64,000 nucleotides of DNA, from the NCBI GenBank assembly GCA_002269645.1, contig NIVC01002826.1:62001-126000 (forward strand), in the 5' to 3' direction. Of the stretch, positions 26,258 through 40,100 are shown piece by piece. Source of the DNA: Macrostomum lignano. Its lineage: Eukaryota. The position numbers were made by a program, and so were the translations under genes. The number at the start of each line of letters is the position of its first letter. Positions within the stretch are counted from its first letter, which is position 1. The notes under the pieces are model-generated. The model saw nothing but the letters and a program-made list of their open reading frames with translations. It was not told the origin of the DNA and did not search any database.

Positions 26258-28034
26258 TCAGTTGGAAGCCGAACTGTACAACAGACAGGCGGCCACTGCA
26301 ATGTGCAAGCAGGCCAGGTACACAGCAATGGCAAGGCTGGGCCAGGCTGACCAGAACCGGCAGGCCAGGACTCGGCGGCGTCTGAACTGCGGCCGCGGCA
26401 GCTGCCGCACTCGCGAGGCCTGCGCTGGGGCTGGTGGCGGCTCTGCAACAAATAAATCAGCTTCATCTGCTTCGCTGGCGTCAGAGACGCCTTCAGATGC
26501 AGCAGCGTGTCGCAGCTTCACCAGCTGGTCGATGGCAAGTCTCAGACGGAGACGGAGCCCCGCCAGCTCCAGTGGCTGGTTGTCTACACACAAAGTCTGC
26601 GTGGCAACTGAGGTCAGGAGTGTTACACAATGGTACAATAACAGATTTCAACATGCAATTGTTGAGTATTGTGAGACATTCCAACTTTATTTCTTTCATT
26701 TTTCAAATTGGCGATTAATATTAAAAAGAATGCTTAGAACTATCTTATATCTAAAGCTGAGTGGATCGATTGATCAACTGGTAGACCAGGTTTAACGCAT
26801 ATATTAATACTATAATCACAAATTATTTTAACATTAAGTTTTAAAGAGGCTTAATAATTATATGTTAAACACTAGCTCTATCATTTAGTTTTAAAAATCT
26901 ACAAAAAGTATATCCTTTGTATAAAAATTTCCAAGCAGTTTTCTAACTAAATGTATATATTTATTAGCATATAGGACAGGCAAGTACTTCCCCTGTCTAA
27001 ATTATTCTTTTCAAATAAAAGTTACTATACTGTGGTTTATAAATTTTGTATTTATTACAATATTAATAATATTAATATTTACTAATAAGCAATTTTTATT
27101 ATTAATTTAATTATTAATTAAAGCATTATGCTATGAAAAAAATTGTTCTTTATATTTAATAAAGCATTAATGTTAAATAAAATTATGTAAATTTGAAGTA
27201 ATTTAAAGTACTAAGATACTGCCATAAAATTCTTTTTGCCAGGTAAAAATTATAAGTATAAATGCATTGATTCAATTCTTAGTAAATTTTGAAACGAAAA
27301 TTATCTCATGTCAAAGTTTACCTGTATATTGTATATTGTATATGTGTATATGTATATTGCTAGTTTGTTAAATTCGGCATAGACAATTTAGTTCAATGCA
27401 ATGTGTATAATTTTCTATTAAGGCAACAAAATTTATAATATATTAGCAAATATAATCAAAATTAAATTAATAGATTAATTTGGCTCTTAGTCTTAGTTAA
27501 TATTCATTTTACATATGATAAAAAATCATGCCATCAGTGATAAAACCACTTATATCCAGTTTTATATTTATTTGAGCACATAGTTAGGCTATAATCAATA
27601 TTAACTGTTATTTAGACTGGAAACATAAATAAAACTTAAATGAAGAGGGAGAGGAATAAATTTTCCAAAAAATTAATTGAAAACGTGCCCGTGTGAAATT
27701 TAAAGTTTGCCGAACAAACTTATAAGAGCGTAGTGAATATTTCTAATCTAGTAGGCTTCTGACCTAAGAAGTGTCCTTAGTTAGTTGATCAGGCTACATA
27801 GCCTAGCTGGAGCATATAAAAGTAAAAAAAAGCAATTCAATGTTTTTCAGTTGTATTGGTGGCTGGTTGTATACGCTACTTGTACTTTAAGTGTACACGC
27901 TACTTGAGTCTTGAAACAATTAGGTAGACTAATAAACTATATCACTTATTGAAATCGCGGAAAATCTGCAAGTTAAAAATTCGCTGATGCAATCAATATA
28001 ACTAAAATTCGATTCTTACCATGGTCGGCGGACA
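26258..28034 (-). CDS. Small tail-anchored membrane protein (about 106-113 aa); terminal exon 26575/26583-26258 plus 15-nt micro-exon 28034-28020
   Basis: GC-rich exon PLELAGLRLRLRLAIDQLVKLRH...RRRRVLACRFWSAWPSLAIAVYLACLHIAVAACLLYSSASN*. Micro-exon TTCCAG|TGTCCGCCGACCATG|GTAAGA splices in frame via either of two acceptors. Confidence 0.5.
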
Positions 28035-28544
28035 CTGGAAGTGGAAACACATTATTAGATTGGATAAATGGTCAATATATAAAAACTGGTACTGTAAATC
28101 ACCAAGATTCATTAAAGATTGAAAATGAAAGTAGAGACCTTTGAATAGTTAGGTCCGTGTCGGATCCAGCGGCCGTCCGGAGCTAGGGGATCAGGGACAA
28201 CTGACAAGGACCACTATATAATACAGTGGTGCTTGATCAGGGACCCACCACTTTACCATCTGAAGCGCTGTGTTACGCACTCTTGCAATGTATGACATAC
28301 CATACCATACCATAATATACCATACCATGGTCCATACCATACCATACAATAGCATACCATAATAGTATGACAATCAATTACATATACTTATATACTGTGC
28401 TGGTGGCCCTTGGTGCCAAGTACACCGTCCTCCAGGCTTTTCCGAGTCACCCGTTCTGCGTCTTAAGCTAGATTATTGTGCCCCGTTTACATGTACATGC
28501 ATCGTTTACAGATCACACGTGTATAACTGTGTTATATGCATGTA

Positions 28545-31500
28545 CGAGGGGGTCCCAAAGGTTCCCGGAATGTCTAACGTAGCTCTTCAACGGAGCCATG
28601 AAATTTCACGCAATTGTGTCAAATGAAAGTGATGGGTTTCGACCTTCGGGCTCCTTGTTAGGGAAGCCTTCGGGCCTCAGGCTCAGAAATAAATCAATTA
28701 GAGACCTGGCCCCCCACTCCTGTCAGATGGTCAGCCCCATGGTAGCTTGATCGTGTGGCGAGCAGTCTAGGTCCTATTGCTAAGAGAGGGACAGCGAGAG
28801 ACGAGCAGGGAGAATTTTGAAAGTAGAAATTAGCTAATCCGCAGATCAACTAACTTGCTGCCACCAGCCCGTGCGCCCTGGCTCACCACACCGGGACTCT
28901 CGAAATCGGGCTTCCGACTAGAAGGGGCTTTGCACTTACCTGCCAACTAGTGTCTTTTTGCTGTCAATCTCGAAGTCATAGCCGATGATAAGGGACACTG
29001 CTGGACTAGATCGCGTTGGCCATGCAGGTACAGAGGGGACTTGTGCAGGAGATTCTTGCGGTGGCGAGTCTATGGGGTAGCTACATGTACTATTACATTG
29101 CTAAATACGAAGATATGTACTTTTAGCCTTCAACGCGCCAACTAGCCTCTCATAGCGCTGATGATAGGCTAACTCGAACTTCAGAGACCGCATGATTCAT
29201 TTACCCGAGCCGCTTGGCTACCCTAGAGTGCACAAAGTACATCTCTGGCGCCGATTCTGCACTTTTGGCAGTTTTGCTCACTGATTTGTTAGATTGGTCG
29301 ACTGAGAACTGCCTTGCCATTGGTCCACTGTGACCGGCGCCTACTAGCTTAGCTACTCATCTGAGCCATCGGCGAACAAAGAAATAAAGCCGACAAAGAT
29401 AACTGTTAGATTTAACCTTCTCCTTAGTTCACTTCACACTTTAGATTGAATTGGAGTCTTAGACTACTAGCAGTATTATTGAATGATTCCTGCCTCAGCA
29501 ACAGCACTACTGAACAAAATGAGCAAAAGTGTGCGCCTAATTCAGCTACTGCACCAGGGGACAGAAAAGGGATCACCCAATCAAGCAAGTCTAGGTAGCC
29601 TCTCACCCAACCAATCAGAAACTCAACAGCCGGAGACCAGGTATTCCACAGTGACCGAATCGGCTCGATGCTCTGCAGCTGTAGACTCGGGATGATGCTG
29701 TCACAATCTTCGCTGTTAGCTAGCAGGTGATGCTCTTAACTGGATGTTCGCTGCTGTCGACCGGGGGACTCGTCCTTGATGATGATGGGGGAAGTTGCAA
29801 TCCGGGGATCAAGAAACGACGGTCGTGCTCCGGGAACCAGAAGTTGCGCGCTGGGCCCGAGCCAAAGTAAGAAGAAGTTGCGTCCGAGCGGGCCAAAAAC
29901 TCCGGTTTAAATAGCCGCCAACTGGACCGCAGTTTGTTATAACGGAACACGTCGATTCTGATTGGCTGAGCCGTTTTGTTAAAATGAGCGCCGAATTTTC
30001 TGATTGGCTAAGCTCGTTGCTACCCAGAATCACGTGACCGAGAGATCCTATCAGTTCCCACAGGGTCGTAAAAAGATGACAGGTGCGGCCATAAAACACT
30101 CAAAATCGCAACAAAATGATTTATGACTTTTCGCGTAGGATTGACAGAAATTAATGAAAAAATATACATTAGAAAGCTCTTATTAAATAGAAAGTGAAGA
30201 TAATGAAGAGAAATCGCTAATCGCTAATCCCAAGGTACTTTTTAGGGGTAAAACGCATAGCTGTCAAAGCTGTCACACGCTTGAGTGAATCCGAACAATA
30301 GGCTCTGACCTCATAAATCTTGATGGCCTGTCAAAATGATGAGAAAAAAGCTACCGCCCGCATCCTCTCAGACCATCTGGCGCCCGCTTCAACACTGAGT
30401 GAGGCGCAGGTGGCTGTCAGATCAGCTTCGAAAGCGATGATTTATGACCCAAAAAGCTGCGCCTATGTTATTATGACTACTAGTATGGCCAGACATTATA
30501 TCTAGTATAGATTCTATGAAAATTCGCAGAAAAAGGATAAAAATGCCCACTGCTCACTGTTAGTAGGCAAGTAAGTTTAGAGCCCATGTGCTAGCGCGGG
30601 ATTTGGGAAAAAGTGCGTCCTCATCAAAAGGAAATTTTGTCACAAAAAAACAAAGTTAAAATCATGTTGATGTCTTTTTTTATTCCAGAGCTGCAGCAAG
30701 AGACGCGTGCGCGAAGGTCAGGGGTAGTGATACACAATCTCAAAAATCTGTGGCAATGATTTTAAACAATAAAACACAGAACAGTTCATACCGCTGATGA
30801 ATCATTGGGGCATGCACCAATTCAAAATTCAAAGCGAATCGTCAAGCTCAACCTGCGGCTTCTCCACGTAGTCACCATTCAGCTGGAAACACCTCTGCTG
30901 CCACCTTGAAAGCATGCCGTCGATGGCCTGAGTAAAAACAGTTTCGATCCGTTGATCGGATGTCTCGCCACCGTGCAAGGATCGACGACCAGAGCGGGGC
31001 TGATCATTCACAGCAGACTGGCCATCTCTAAAGCATTTGATCCATCCGTAAATAGCAGTTTTTTCAGGCTGTTCTCACTGTGGATGGAGAATAAATGCAG
31101 TCAGAAATATTTGGCTCCACTCCATCCTACTGACCAAAGGGCAAAAATTTGACTTCGGTGACTTTCAAGGCTCTGTTCAAAGAGAACTCATTTTCGCAAA
31201 GAAATTTCAAGTTGAAAGCAAGCGCTTGGTACGAATTATCTGCACTCGCTCAAAAGCTCACAGATTAGCTTTATGAGCATTTCTGCTTTTTTCCATAGAC
31301 ACTACCACGTCTTTCTGACACGTCAGCTTAGCACGAATTCAAAATGAAAATATCCAAAAATGGAGATGAAAATTTATTTTCATTGATATGTGATCAGATT
31401 GTGTATCACTACCCCTGACCTTCGCGCATGTTTCTTGCTGCAGCTCCTGAATAAAAAAAGATATCAGCATGATTTTAACTTTGTTTTCTTTTTTGTGACA

Positions 31501-31575
31501 AAATTTCTTTCATTTGACACCATGGGCGTGAAATTTAGACGTTAGACATTCCGGGAACTTTTGGGACACCCCTCG
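28545..31575 (-). mobile_element. Internally deleted mariner element with ~180-190 bp terminal inverted repeats, left arm interrupted by a 2-kb insert
   Basis: TA-CGAGGGG(T)GTCCCAAA(A/G)GTTCCCGGAATGTCTAACGT ends. Transposase remnants KTAIYGWIKCFRDGQSAVNDQPRSGRRS (HTH) are fused to FTQAIDGMLSRWQQRCFQLNGDYVEK (C-terminus). Confidence 0.85.
28630..30626. mobile_element. Probable solo LTR / LTR-like insertion nested in the mariner TIR
   Basis: TGATG...CATCA termini with AAAG duplicated on both sides (28626-28629, 30627-30630); removing it restores the TIR. No long ORF; CCAAT-box-like ATTGG motifs inside. Confidence 0.65.
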
Positions 31576-31812
31576 CACAATGGTCCTTGGAATCACCCCC
31601 CCCCCTGCATGCATGTATGCGTATTTTGAGTACTGTAATCCTTCAAAACATTACACAATGTCTAGTCCACAGAATTTTACTTTAACTCGTGTATGGTCTA
31701 GACTGCAGGGACTTCGGGGATACAATCAGAATCAGAATAAAATTGTACAGCATCTTACATGCATACTATACAATGCCCGTTTGCATAATAAACAACTTAG
31801 AAATACGTCAGT

Positions 31813-32040
31813 ATGTGTAGCTGCGCGGCGCATCTGAAGGCTGCGTACGGCTGTTCAGTCCAAGGACTGGGGGGTCGCCACACACCCTCAATTACCCCAG
31901 CTAATGCTGGCTCCCATTTTACAGCTGAGTGAACTGAAGCAATGCAGAGTTAAGTATCAAGGACACAAACTGTTCCTAGTGGGCGAGAATCGAACCCCCG
32001 ACCTTCGTCGTGAGTCCGACGCTCTAACCACTACACCCCC
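31813..32040 (-). mobile_element. tRNA-derived SINE with CORE-like central domain
   Basis: A box/B box head (TAGTGGTTAG...GGTTCGATTC), then GTGTCCTTG..CTTAACTC..CAGCTGTAAAATGGG. Second copy at 61854-62162. Confidence 0.85.
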
Positions 32041-33831
32041 TACAGTATGTGCATGATACATGGTATAGCTGTTTATTATAACAAACAAGCCATTTCGTTT
32101 TAAATAATTATCTTGTTTTTTAAAACAGGTAAAAATGAAAAAAGACAGAAGGCATCGCAGAGCATATCTGCGAACACATTTGCATAACGTGTTAAAGAGG
32201 AAAGGTGTCTGTGTAAAAGCTGGCACTAAGACAACACTTAGAGAGATAAATATAGTCGAACATAAAGCTTTATATTTGACAGGCTATCTATTATATCTAC
32301 AAAAGAAAGGGGAGCCGGATTTAAAATTTGTGCTAGGAATGATGCAACAGAAGCGCAAATAAAAATATTTATAATTAGAACGACTTAATTTTTTCCAAAC
32401 ATTGATAGCTCGACCCACGAGTCCACGACAGCAAGTCTAGACTACAGAAATCGTACTAGAATAACTAGATAGGCCACTCAGGCACATATACTTAGTAAAT
32501 CAGCCTTCTACTTTCAGTTCAGTAGCAAAGAAGAATACATAAGCTATTTTATAAGAATAAAGGCAGCTGAAATGACTTTGATAAGTTTACAAGCCAAAGC
32601 TTGCAGGCGTAAACAACTTGCTAATTGGTTCAGCAGTAATGTACATTGGCCAGTCCACTGAAATGTACATGGCAGCTTTAGGCTGGAACAACCGAGGAAG
32701 GCAATAAAATTTGGGTGGCAGGGCAGGGATTGAAGTTCTGTGTGGAGTTTGAGGGGGGTAAGAGCCAATAAATAAGCCTTGGCTTTAAAAATACATTAAA
32801 ATGCTTCTGTTCAACTTACTACTGAACTGAAAGTAGCTTACACGCAAATGTGCCTGAGTGGCCCATCTAGTTATTCCAGTATCTGTGGCCCAGACCAAAC
32901 AAACAATGTGTAAGTAATTTAACTTGAATCGAGGAAAATTTAGAGCAAATCGTTTAGCGTTAACACATTTTTTAATAAACACGCGAATGGGAAAAATTCA
33001 GAGAACAGAAATTTGCTATCGCTGTTGTGCAATAGAATAGGCCAAAAGCATGGCCAATAATAATAATAGTAGATCATCTTGGGCTTAATAGATCTTCATA
33101 GAAGCATTGGGGTGCGGCAGCGATAGGAAAGGGCATTGATAAATAAATAAACAAATAGTAAACATGGATATTATGCATCAGTTAGAAGCGCATGCGATTG
33201 TGCTCAGTCTAAATGGTAGTCATTCATCTTTGCAACACAAAATCCAGGGGCTTAGAGAAATTTAATAAGCTTAGATCAGTTTATTGAACCGATAATATTG
33301 CAGCTTCCCATATTTAGATCTGATTGATGACAAGACCGAATGTTGCTGAATAGCCTACTAATAATAAGTAGTAATAAAGAATATAAAATGTAAAATGTTG
33401 GATTTTTATTGCACATTCAAAATTACTGCTGACTGGTAGTTCGATGCAAGGTGCGAACGCAAGAGTGAAAACTGAACTTTGCTTCGATTATAAAAAGCAA
33501 CATTTGTATACGACTAGTATGCTCAAGTAGCAGCCCAATAAAACTAAGCATATTATCGATTACCTAGCTATGAAAATAAACTATAATTGATAAAACAGAT
33601 TGCGAGAGAAATAAAAAAGGTTAACACTGAGAGACAGACGCTTGGATTAGCATTGCGACAATAATGTAAACAACAGCTAATTTATAATATCTACGAATAA
33701 TAATATGATATAAAGAGGAACTTTAATTATCCCAATTAGCGCACTATCACAGTCACGACAACTTCTATTCTCAATGATTGCTAATCCGAAGCTAACACAA
33801 CTAGCTAGCCACAAAATTGAATTCGTACTAA

Positions 33832-34068
33832 CGCACGGAATCGAACCCAGGACACTTCATCACCAGACTCAAAACACCTGACTTTCTCAGCCTCAGCCAC
33901 TGCCTTGGGGGGAGTAGCCGCGCACGGAATCGAACCCAGGACACTTCATCACCAGACTCAAAACACCTGACTTTCTCAGCCTCAGCCACTGCCTTGGGGG
34001 GAGTAGCCGCGCACGGAATCGAACCCAGGACACTTCATCACCAGACTCAAAACACCTAGCCTCAGTAG
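33832..34068 (-). repeat. 89-bp tandem repeat (about 2.6 copies) containing a tRNA-like B box
   Basis: Unit starts at 33832, 33921, 34010; the minus strand has TGGCTGAG...CCTGGGTTCGATTCCG. Confidence 0.85.
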
Positions 34069-34196
34069 AATAGAATTTAAAAGCATACTTGGCGCCAATT
34101 TGAATTCTCCTGTCAAACAGCGCACAAAGCAAGACCAATCAGTAGTATTGTCATAGCAGGTTCGCGCGGACAACCTTCCCCCAGAGCCCGACAATA

Positions 34197-37100
34197 TTAG
34201 GCGGCAGAGCTCGGACCGCCAGCAGCGGCGCCGCCAGTCGCCTGTTCAAGAGCGCCCTCCTGGCAGCAGCGCTTCAGATCGGCCAGGAAGCCCTCGGGAG
34301 TGAGGATGTGCGTCCCGCCGACAATCACCTCCCAGTTGCGCTGCTTAGCGGCCTGGCTAACCTCGTAGGCGCAGCGCATCTCGCTGTAGGTGAAGCCGCC
34401 GGCGAAGAATACAATTAGGCGAGGCCCGGCCGCCTTCTGCTGCGGCCCCTTCTGCTGCTGGTGCCACTGGCCATAGCGGGAGGGCACCGCGCCGCCCGGG
34501 CGGGGCCGCTGAGGCACGCTGCCCAGGAATGGGAACATCTTCTGGTCCAGGCGGTCCTCGATGGCGTCCTCCATCACGTCCTTGATGAATGGAGTCCAGC
34601 GGCTAAGTTGGTATTGGGTGGCGTTCTCGCGCTCACGGCGGTGGCTCGGCAGGTAGGGCTGCGCGGCCTGCGGGGGGAGAGTGGGAGTTCTTTTACAGAC
34701 TTGAGTCGTGTGCATGCATAAGGCAGGGGATGGGGGTCAGGTGTGTGTACAAAGGATGGGATGGTCATGACATGTGTGTGTACAAAAGATGGGATGGTCA
34801 TGGCAGTTGTGTGTACAAAGGATGGGATGGTCATGACATGTGTGTGTACAAAGGATGGGATGGTCATGGCAGGTGTGTGTACAAAGGATAAGATGGTCAT
34901 GGCAGGTGTGTAGATAGGATGGGGGATGGTCATGGCAGGTGTGTACATAGGATGGGATGGGGTCATGGCAGGTGTGTACATAGGATGGGATGGGGTCATG
35001 GCAGGTGTGTACATAGGATGGGGGATGGTCATGGCAGGTGTGTACATAGGATGGGGGATGTTGATGGCAGGTGTGTACATAGGATGGGGGATGTTGATGG
35101 CAGGTGTGTACATAGGATGGGGGATGGTCATGGCAGGTGTGTACATAGGATGGGGGGTGGTCATTGCAGGTGTGTACATAGGATGGGATAAGGGTCATGG
35201 CAGTTGTGTACATAGGATGGGATAAGGGTCATGGCAGTTGTGTACATAGGATGGGGGATGGTCATTGCAGGTGTGTACATAGGATGGGGGATGGTCATGG
35301 CAGGTGTGTACATAGGATGGGGGATGGTCATGGCAGTTGTGTACATAGGATAAGGGATCATGGAAGGTCAAACACCTTACACCACCCTGAAAAAGCACAC
35401 AAAGGTTTCAGTCACCCAGCTAGTTAAAGAAAAAATGATTCAGTCGTTCACCTTGCGTCGCCCGCCGTCCATCAGTCCGCCGACGCCGCCTTTGCCGTCC
35501 TGAATAACCGGCACGCCGAGATTGGCGGCATTCAGCAGTATGGGCTTCTCCTGCTCGGGAATCTGGCCGTGCTGCAGCAGCTTGGCCAGGTTCTCCTCGG
35601 ACACGCCGGTCTTGTGAATCACGTACAGCAGAATGATGCGCAGCTTGTCGTAGGCGGTCACTGAGGCGTCCAGCAGGATGGGCACGATGGCGCGCATGTG
35701 GTCGCGAACTTTCTCGCCGTCGGCGTCGCAGCCCATGGCGAGGTCCTGCTCCACCTGGCGGAGGCGGGCAACAGTTGCGTTTAACGAGGGTTCAGAGATG
35801 CACAAGGACCATTGGAATTTTCTAGTAGTCCTTGAGAGTGCGTCAGGCGATCAGGTCGTGAATAAGGGAGGATTAGGGTGTGAATAAGGGCGGATTGGAG
35901 ACAGCAGGGGTGGATTTGGATCAGTAGGAGCGGATTTGGATCAGTAGGAGCGGATTTAGATCAGTAGGAGCGGATTTGGATCAGTAGGGGCGGATTTAGA
36001 TCAGTAGGGGCGGATTTGGATCAGTAGGAGCGGATTGGGGCTAGCAGGGGCGGATTGGGGCTAGCAGGGGCGCATTGGGGACAGCAGGGGCGGATTGGGG
36101 CTAGCAGGGGCGGATTGGGGCTAGCAGGGGCGGATTGGGGCTAGCAGGGGCGGATTGGGGCCAGCAGGGGCGGATTAGGGCTAGCAGGGGCGAATTGGGG
36201 CTAGCAGGGGCGGATTGGGGTCAGCAGGGGCGGATTGGGGCTAGCAGGGTGGATTGGGGCTAGCAGGGGCGGATTGGGGCCAGCAGGGGCGGATTAGGGC
36301 TAGCAGGGGCGCATTGGGGACAGCAGGGGTGGATTGGAGCTACTAGGGGCGAATTGGAGACAGCAAGGGCGGATGGGGGCAACTAGGGGCGGATTGGAGC
36401 TAGGAGGGGCGGATTGGGGACAGCAGGGGCGGATTAGGGCTAGCAGGGGCGGATTGGGACTAGCAGGGGCGGATTAGGGCTAGCAGGGGCGGATTGGGGC
36501 TAGCAGGGGCGGATTAGGGCTAGCAGAGGCGGATTGGGACTAGCAGGGGCGGATTGAGACTAGCAGGGGCGGATTGGAGCTACCAGGGGCGGATTGGGAC
36601 TAGCAGGGGCGGATTAGGGCTAGCAGGGGCGGATTAGGGCTACCAGGGGCTGATTGGGACTACCAGGGGCGGATTGGGACTAGCAGGGGCGGATTAGGGC
36701 TAGCAGGGGCGGATTAGGGCTACCAGGGGCTGATTGGGACTAGCAGGGGCGGATTAGGGCTAGCAGGGGCGGATTAGCGCTAGCAGGGGCACATTGGGGA
36801 CAGCAGGGGCGGATTGGGGCTAGCAGGGTGGATTGGGGCTAGCAGGGGCGGATTGGGGCCAGCAGGGGCGGATTAGGGCTAGCAGGGGCGGATTAGCGCT
36901 AGCAGGGGCACATTGGGGACAGCAGGGGCGGATTGGGGCTAGCAGGGTGGATTGGGGCTAGCAGGGGCGGATTGGGGCCAGCAGGGGCGGATTAGGGCTA
37001 GCAGGGCGGATTAGCGCTAGCAGGGGCACATTGGGGACAGCAGGGGCGGATTGGGGCTAGCAGGGTGGATTAGGGCTAGCAGGGGCGGATTAGGGCTAGC

Positions 37101-40100
37101 AGGGGCGGATTAGGGCTAGCAGGGCGGATTAGCGCTAGCAGGGGCACATTGGGGACAGCAGGGGCGGATGGGATGGGAGTCAAAGACAAGACTCAGTATT
37201 GCAATGATGCAATAATGCAACAAGCGTGTCAAGCACAGCGGGTTTCCCTTCACCTTGCAGAGCTTGTCCACCCGGCCAGTGTAGGCGCGCATGCAGTCCT
37301 CAGCCAGATGGAAATGCGTACTGTAAGCGCTGAGCTCCTTCTGATACTGGGGCATCTTTTTCATCATCTGGGCCAGATCGCGAACCCCCGTGCCGCCGGC
37401 GCCCATCCGTTTTGAGTCGGAGAACTGCTTGAGCTTGGCGGTGACATTCTGGCCAACAACGGCAATGTGCAGGTGGCGCAGCTCCACCCAGAGATCGTCG
37501 CGCTCGTCTAGCACAACCTCGCGCTCGCGCTCGTCTCCGGCTGTGGTGCTCACGTACTTGTAGACGTCGTTCTCGATTGGGATCAGATCGTAGGCCATGG
37601 CCTGCGCACGTGTTTTCGGGGATGGCCACTTTTGGATTCGCAATGCAACTTTTGGAATTATGATGCCATTTTTGGATTCGCAATGCAACTTTTGGAATTA
37701 TGATGCCATTTTTGGATTCGCAATGCCACTTTTGAATTCGCAATGCCACTTTTAGAAATTCGAATGCCATTTTAGGATTCGCAATGCTACTTTTGGATTC
37801 GCAATGCCACTTTTGGATTGGCAAATGGCAAAACCTCAAATCAAACCTGGTTTCCAAGAAATGTCTATGGCAAAACCTCAAATCAAACCTGGTTTCCAAG
37901 AAATGTCTATGGCAAAACCTCAAATCAAACCTGGTTTCCAAGAAATGTCTATGGCAAAACCTCAAAGCAAACCTGGTTTCCAAGAAATGTCTATGGCAAA
38001 ACCTCAAAGCAAACTTGGTTTCCCAAAAGCCCAAATTTTTACCTGAAAGGTGAGCTCGTGCAGCAGCGGAGTGACGGGATCGGCCCCCCTGTCCAGCACA
38101 ATCAACAGGCTGCGATCCTTCTGCGGCCCCTCGCCCATGGAGGGATCGTCAGCTTTGTACTGCTCCAGCTTGAAGTTGATAGCGTTGGCGAACTGATGGT
38201 TGGTCTCGTTGAATGCCCGGTAGCGAATAGTGGGAAATTCGCCTAGCGAGGCGCACAGGGTGGCGATCTGCTCGGCGATGCGGTCCAGGTGCTGCGCTTT
38301 GCCAGCCTGGTTGCCAAGGAAATAATGGAAAATCGTGTCCGGACTATCCAGACTGAACACCTGGCTCTCGTACGGCAGGAAAGCGATGTTGATCTCTTTC
38401 AGAGTCTTAATAAACTTGCTAGTTGGACTTTTGCACAGCTCGCTAAACAGGTCGTCTGGACAGGCCTCGGTGAAGAACACGTGAGCGGCGCGGTATTGCA
38501 TTCGGACCCCGCTGAAGTCCGCCATCAGCAGCTGGACAGATTCGCGGGTCGGCTGCAACAAATAAATTGCTTCTAGGGGCAGTGGTTCGCGTTTCTTGGA
38601 CACGTCCTCCACCAGGGTGATGCCCTCGGACATGATCTCGTGCATGCGGCAGCAGGCGCTGATCATGCGCATTGACAGCTTGTCCACGATCAGCACCTTC
38701 CAGTCGCCCTCCTTCTTCAGCGAGTGGATCACCTCGCGCATGATTTCTGGTGGGGGATGGGAATCGAAATTCAATGCTTTGGTGTGGAGTTAAGGACTAG
38801 TCTCGGACATATATGAGCACAGGTGATTGGAAGCTATTCATAGTACAAGGATCTGGGAATACCGCAGATCTACAGTATGAGGGGTGGAATATTGCAGATT
38901 TAAGGTACAGGGATTTCTTGGGAATACAGCCGATCTGTAATACGAGGTTCTAGAATATTTTAGATCTATAATATAAAGATATATGAGGATCTAGAAATAT
39001 TGCAGATCTATAGTATCTATATACTAAAAATGATAAGGAACTAAGAATGCCATAGATTTATAATTTGAAGTTGGAATACTGTTGTTGCTTTTTAGTTAAA
39101 TATTTTATTCTAGCATTCTTAAAATGCATTTCAAGTCGAAAGAGCTGCTTGACATTTGCAAAAAGCATGTTTTTGAACATTTAATCCCCCCTTAATATTG
39201 AGCAATTTCTTAGCCAAGACATATGTACTGTCATAGAAAAACTTCTAATCGAACAATGCAAGTTTGAAGAAAATTGGTTAAACCATTTTTGTTAAAAATT
39301 GATCACACACACATGCACATATAGATAGACAATTTTTGGTATATGGTGGATAAATAAATAATATAACTGAGTATTAAGTTTGGTATCATTTTAAAGCATG
39401 GAAAGGTTTTGTAGCTTTGAATGAATTTTTTATGATTTATTTTAAAAAATGCTTCTAAGTTTTATAATTTCTGAACAATTTTATTTATAGAACTATAAGA
39501 ATAGCCTTTAAATATAAGTGCTACTTGTTAAATTTTTATAAAAAAGATAAATATATTTCACAATTTGGCATAATAATTTATAAATATCTTAATATTTATT
39601 ATTAGAAAACTAGACTTCAAAAACAAAAATGATTTGAATAAAAATATATATTATACAATAAAAGTTTTTTTATGATTAATAAATTTAATTATACAGTATA
39701 TAAAAATATTAATTCTTTGTTATAAATTTAATTTTTATAGACAAATAAAACTGAGCAATTTGGCAATAAAACTCTATCTTGTTGACTCTAGTCTGGTAAA
39801 AATAATGCAAAATAAATTCCAATAAGCTGTTAATATTATTGTCATTAGTAAGATTTTTGAAAATGAAATACCTAAGTTTGTATTATATCTACAATATGGA
39901 CTTGGCTACTATTACTTGGCTATACCTTTGTCTGGCTAACCTAATTGAATTTAAATATCTTTGAGTTAAAAAATACCTGAATAACTGAATTTAATCAACT
40001 TTAATAATTCTACTACAACATTATGCATTGTTTTCTAAATAGGCCCCAGTTCTTTAATCATAAGAAATTAAAGTAATTAAATATATATAGTATTTACATT

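Noticed and set aside
26500-26545. BH3 motif (LRLAIDQL) in the tail-anchored protein
   Set aside because: The small residue (G/A/S) required before Asp is Ile; insufficient support.
34574-38246. His/Cys-, Met- and Phe-rich repeat ORFs
   Set aside because: They lie inside Munc18 introns and are translations of minisatellites.
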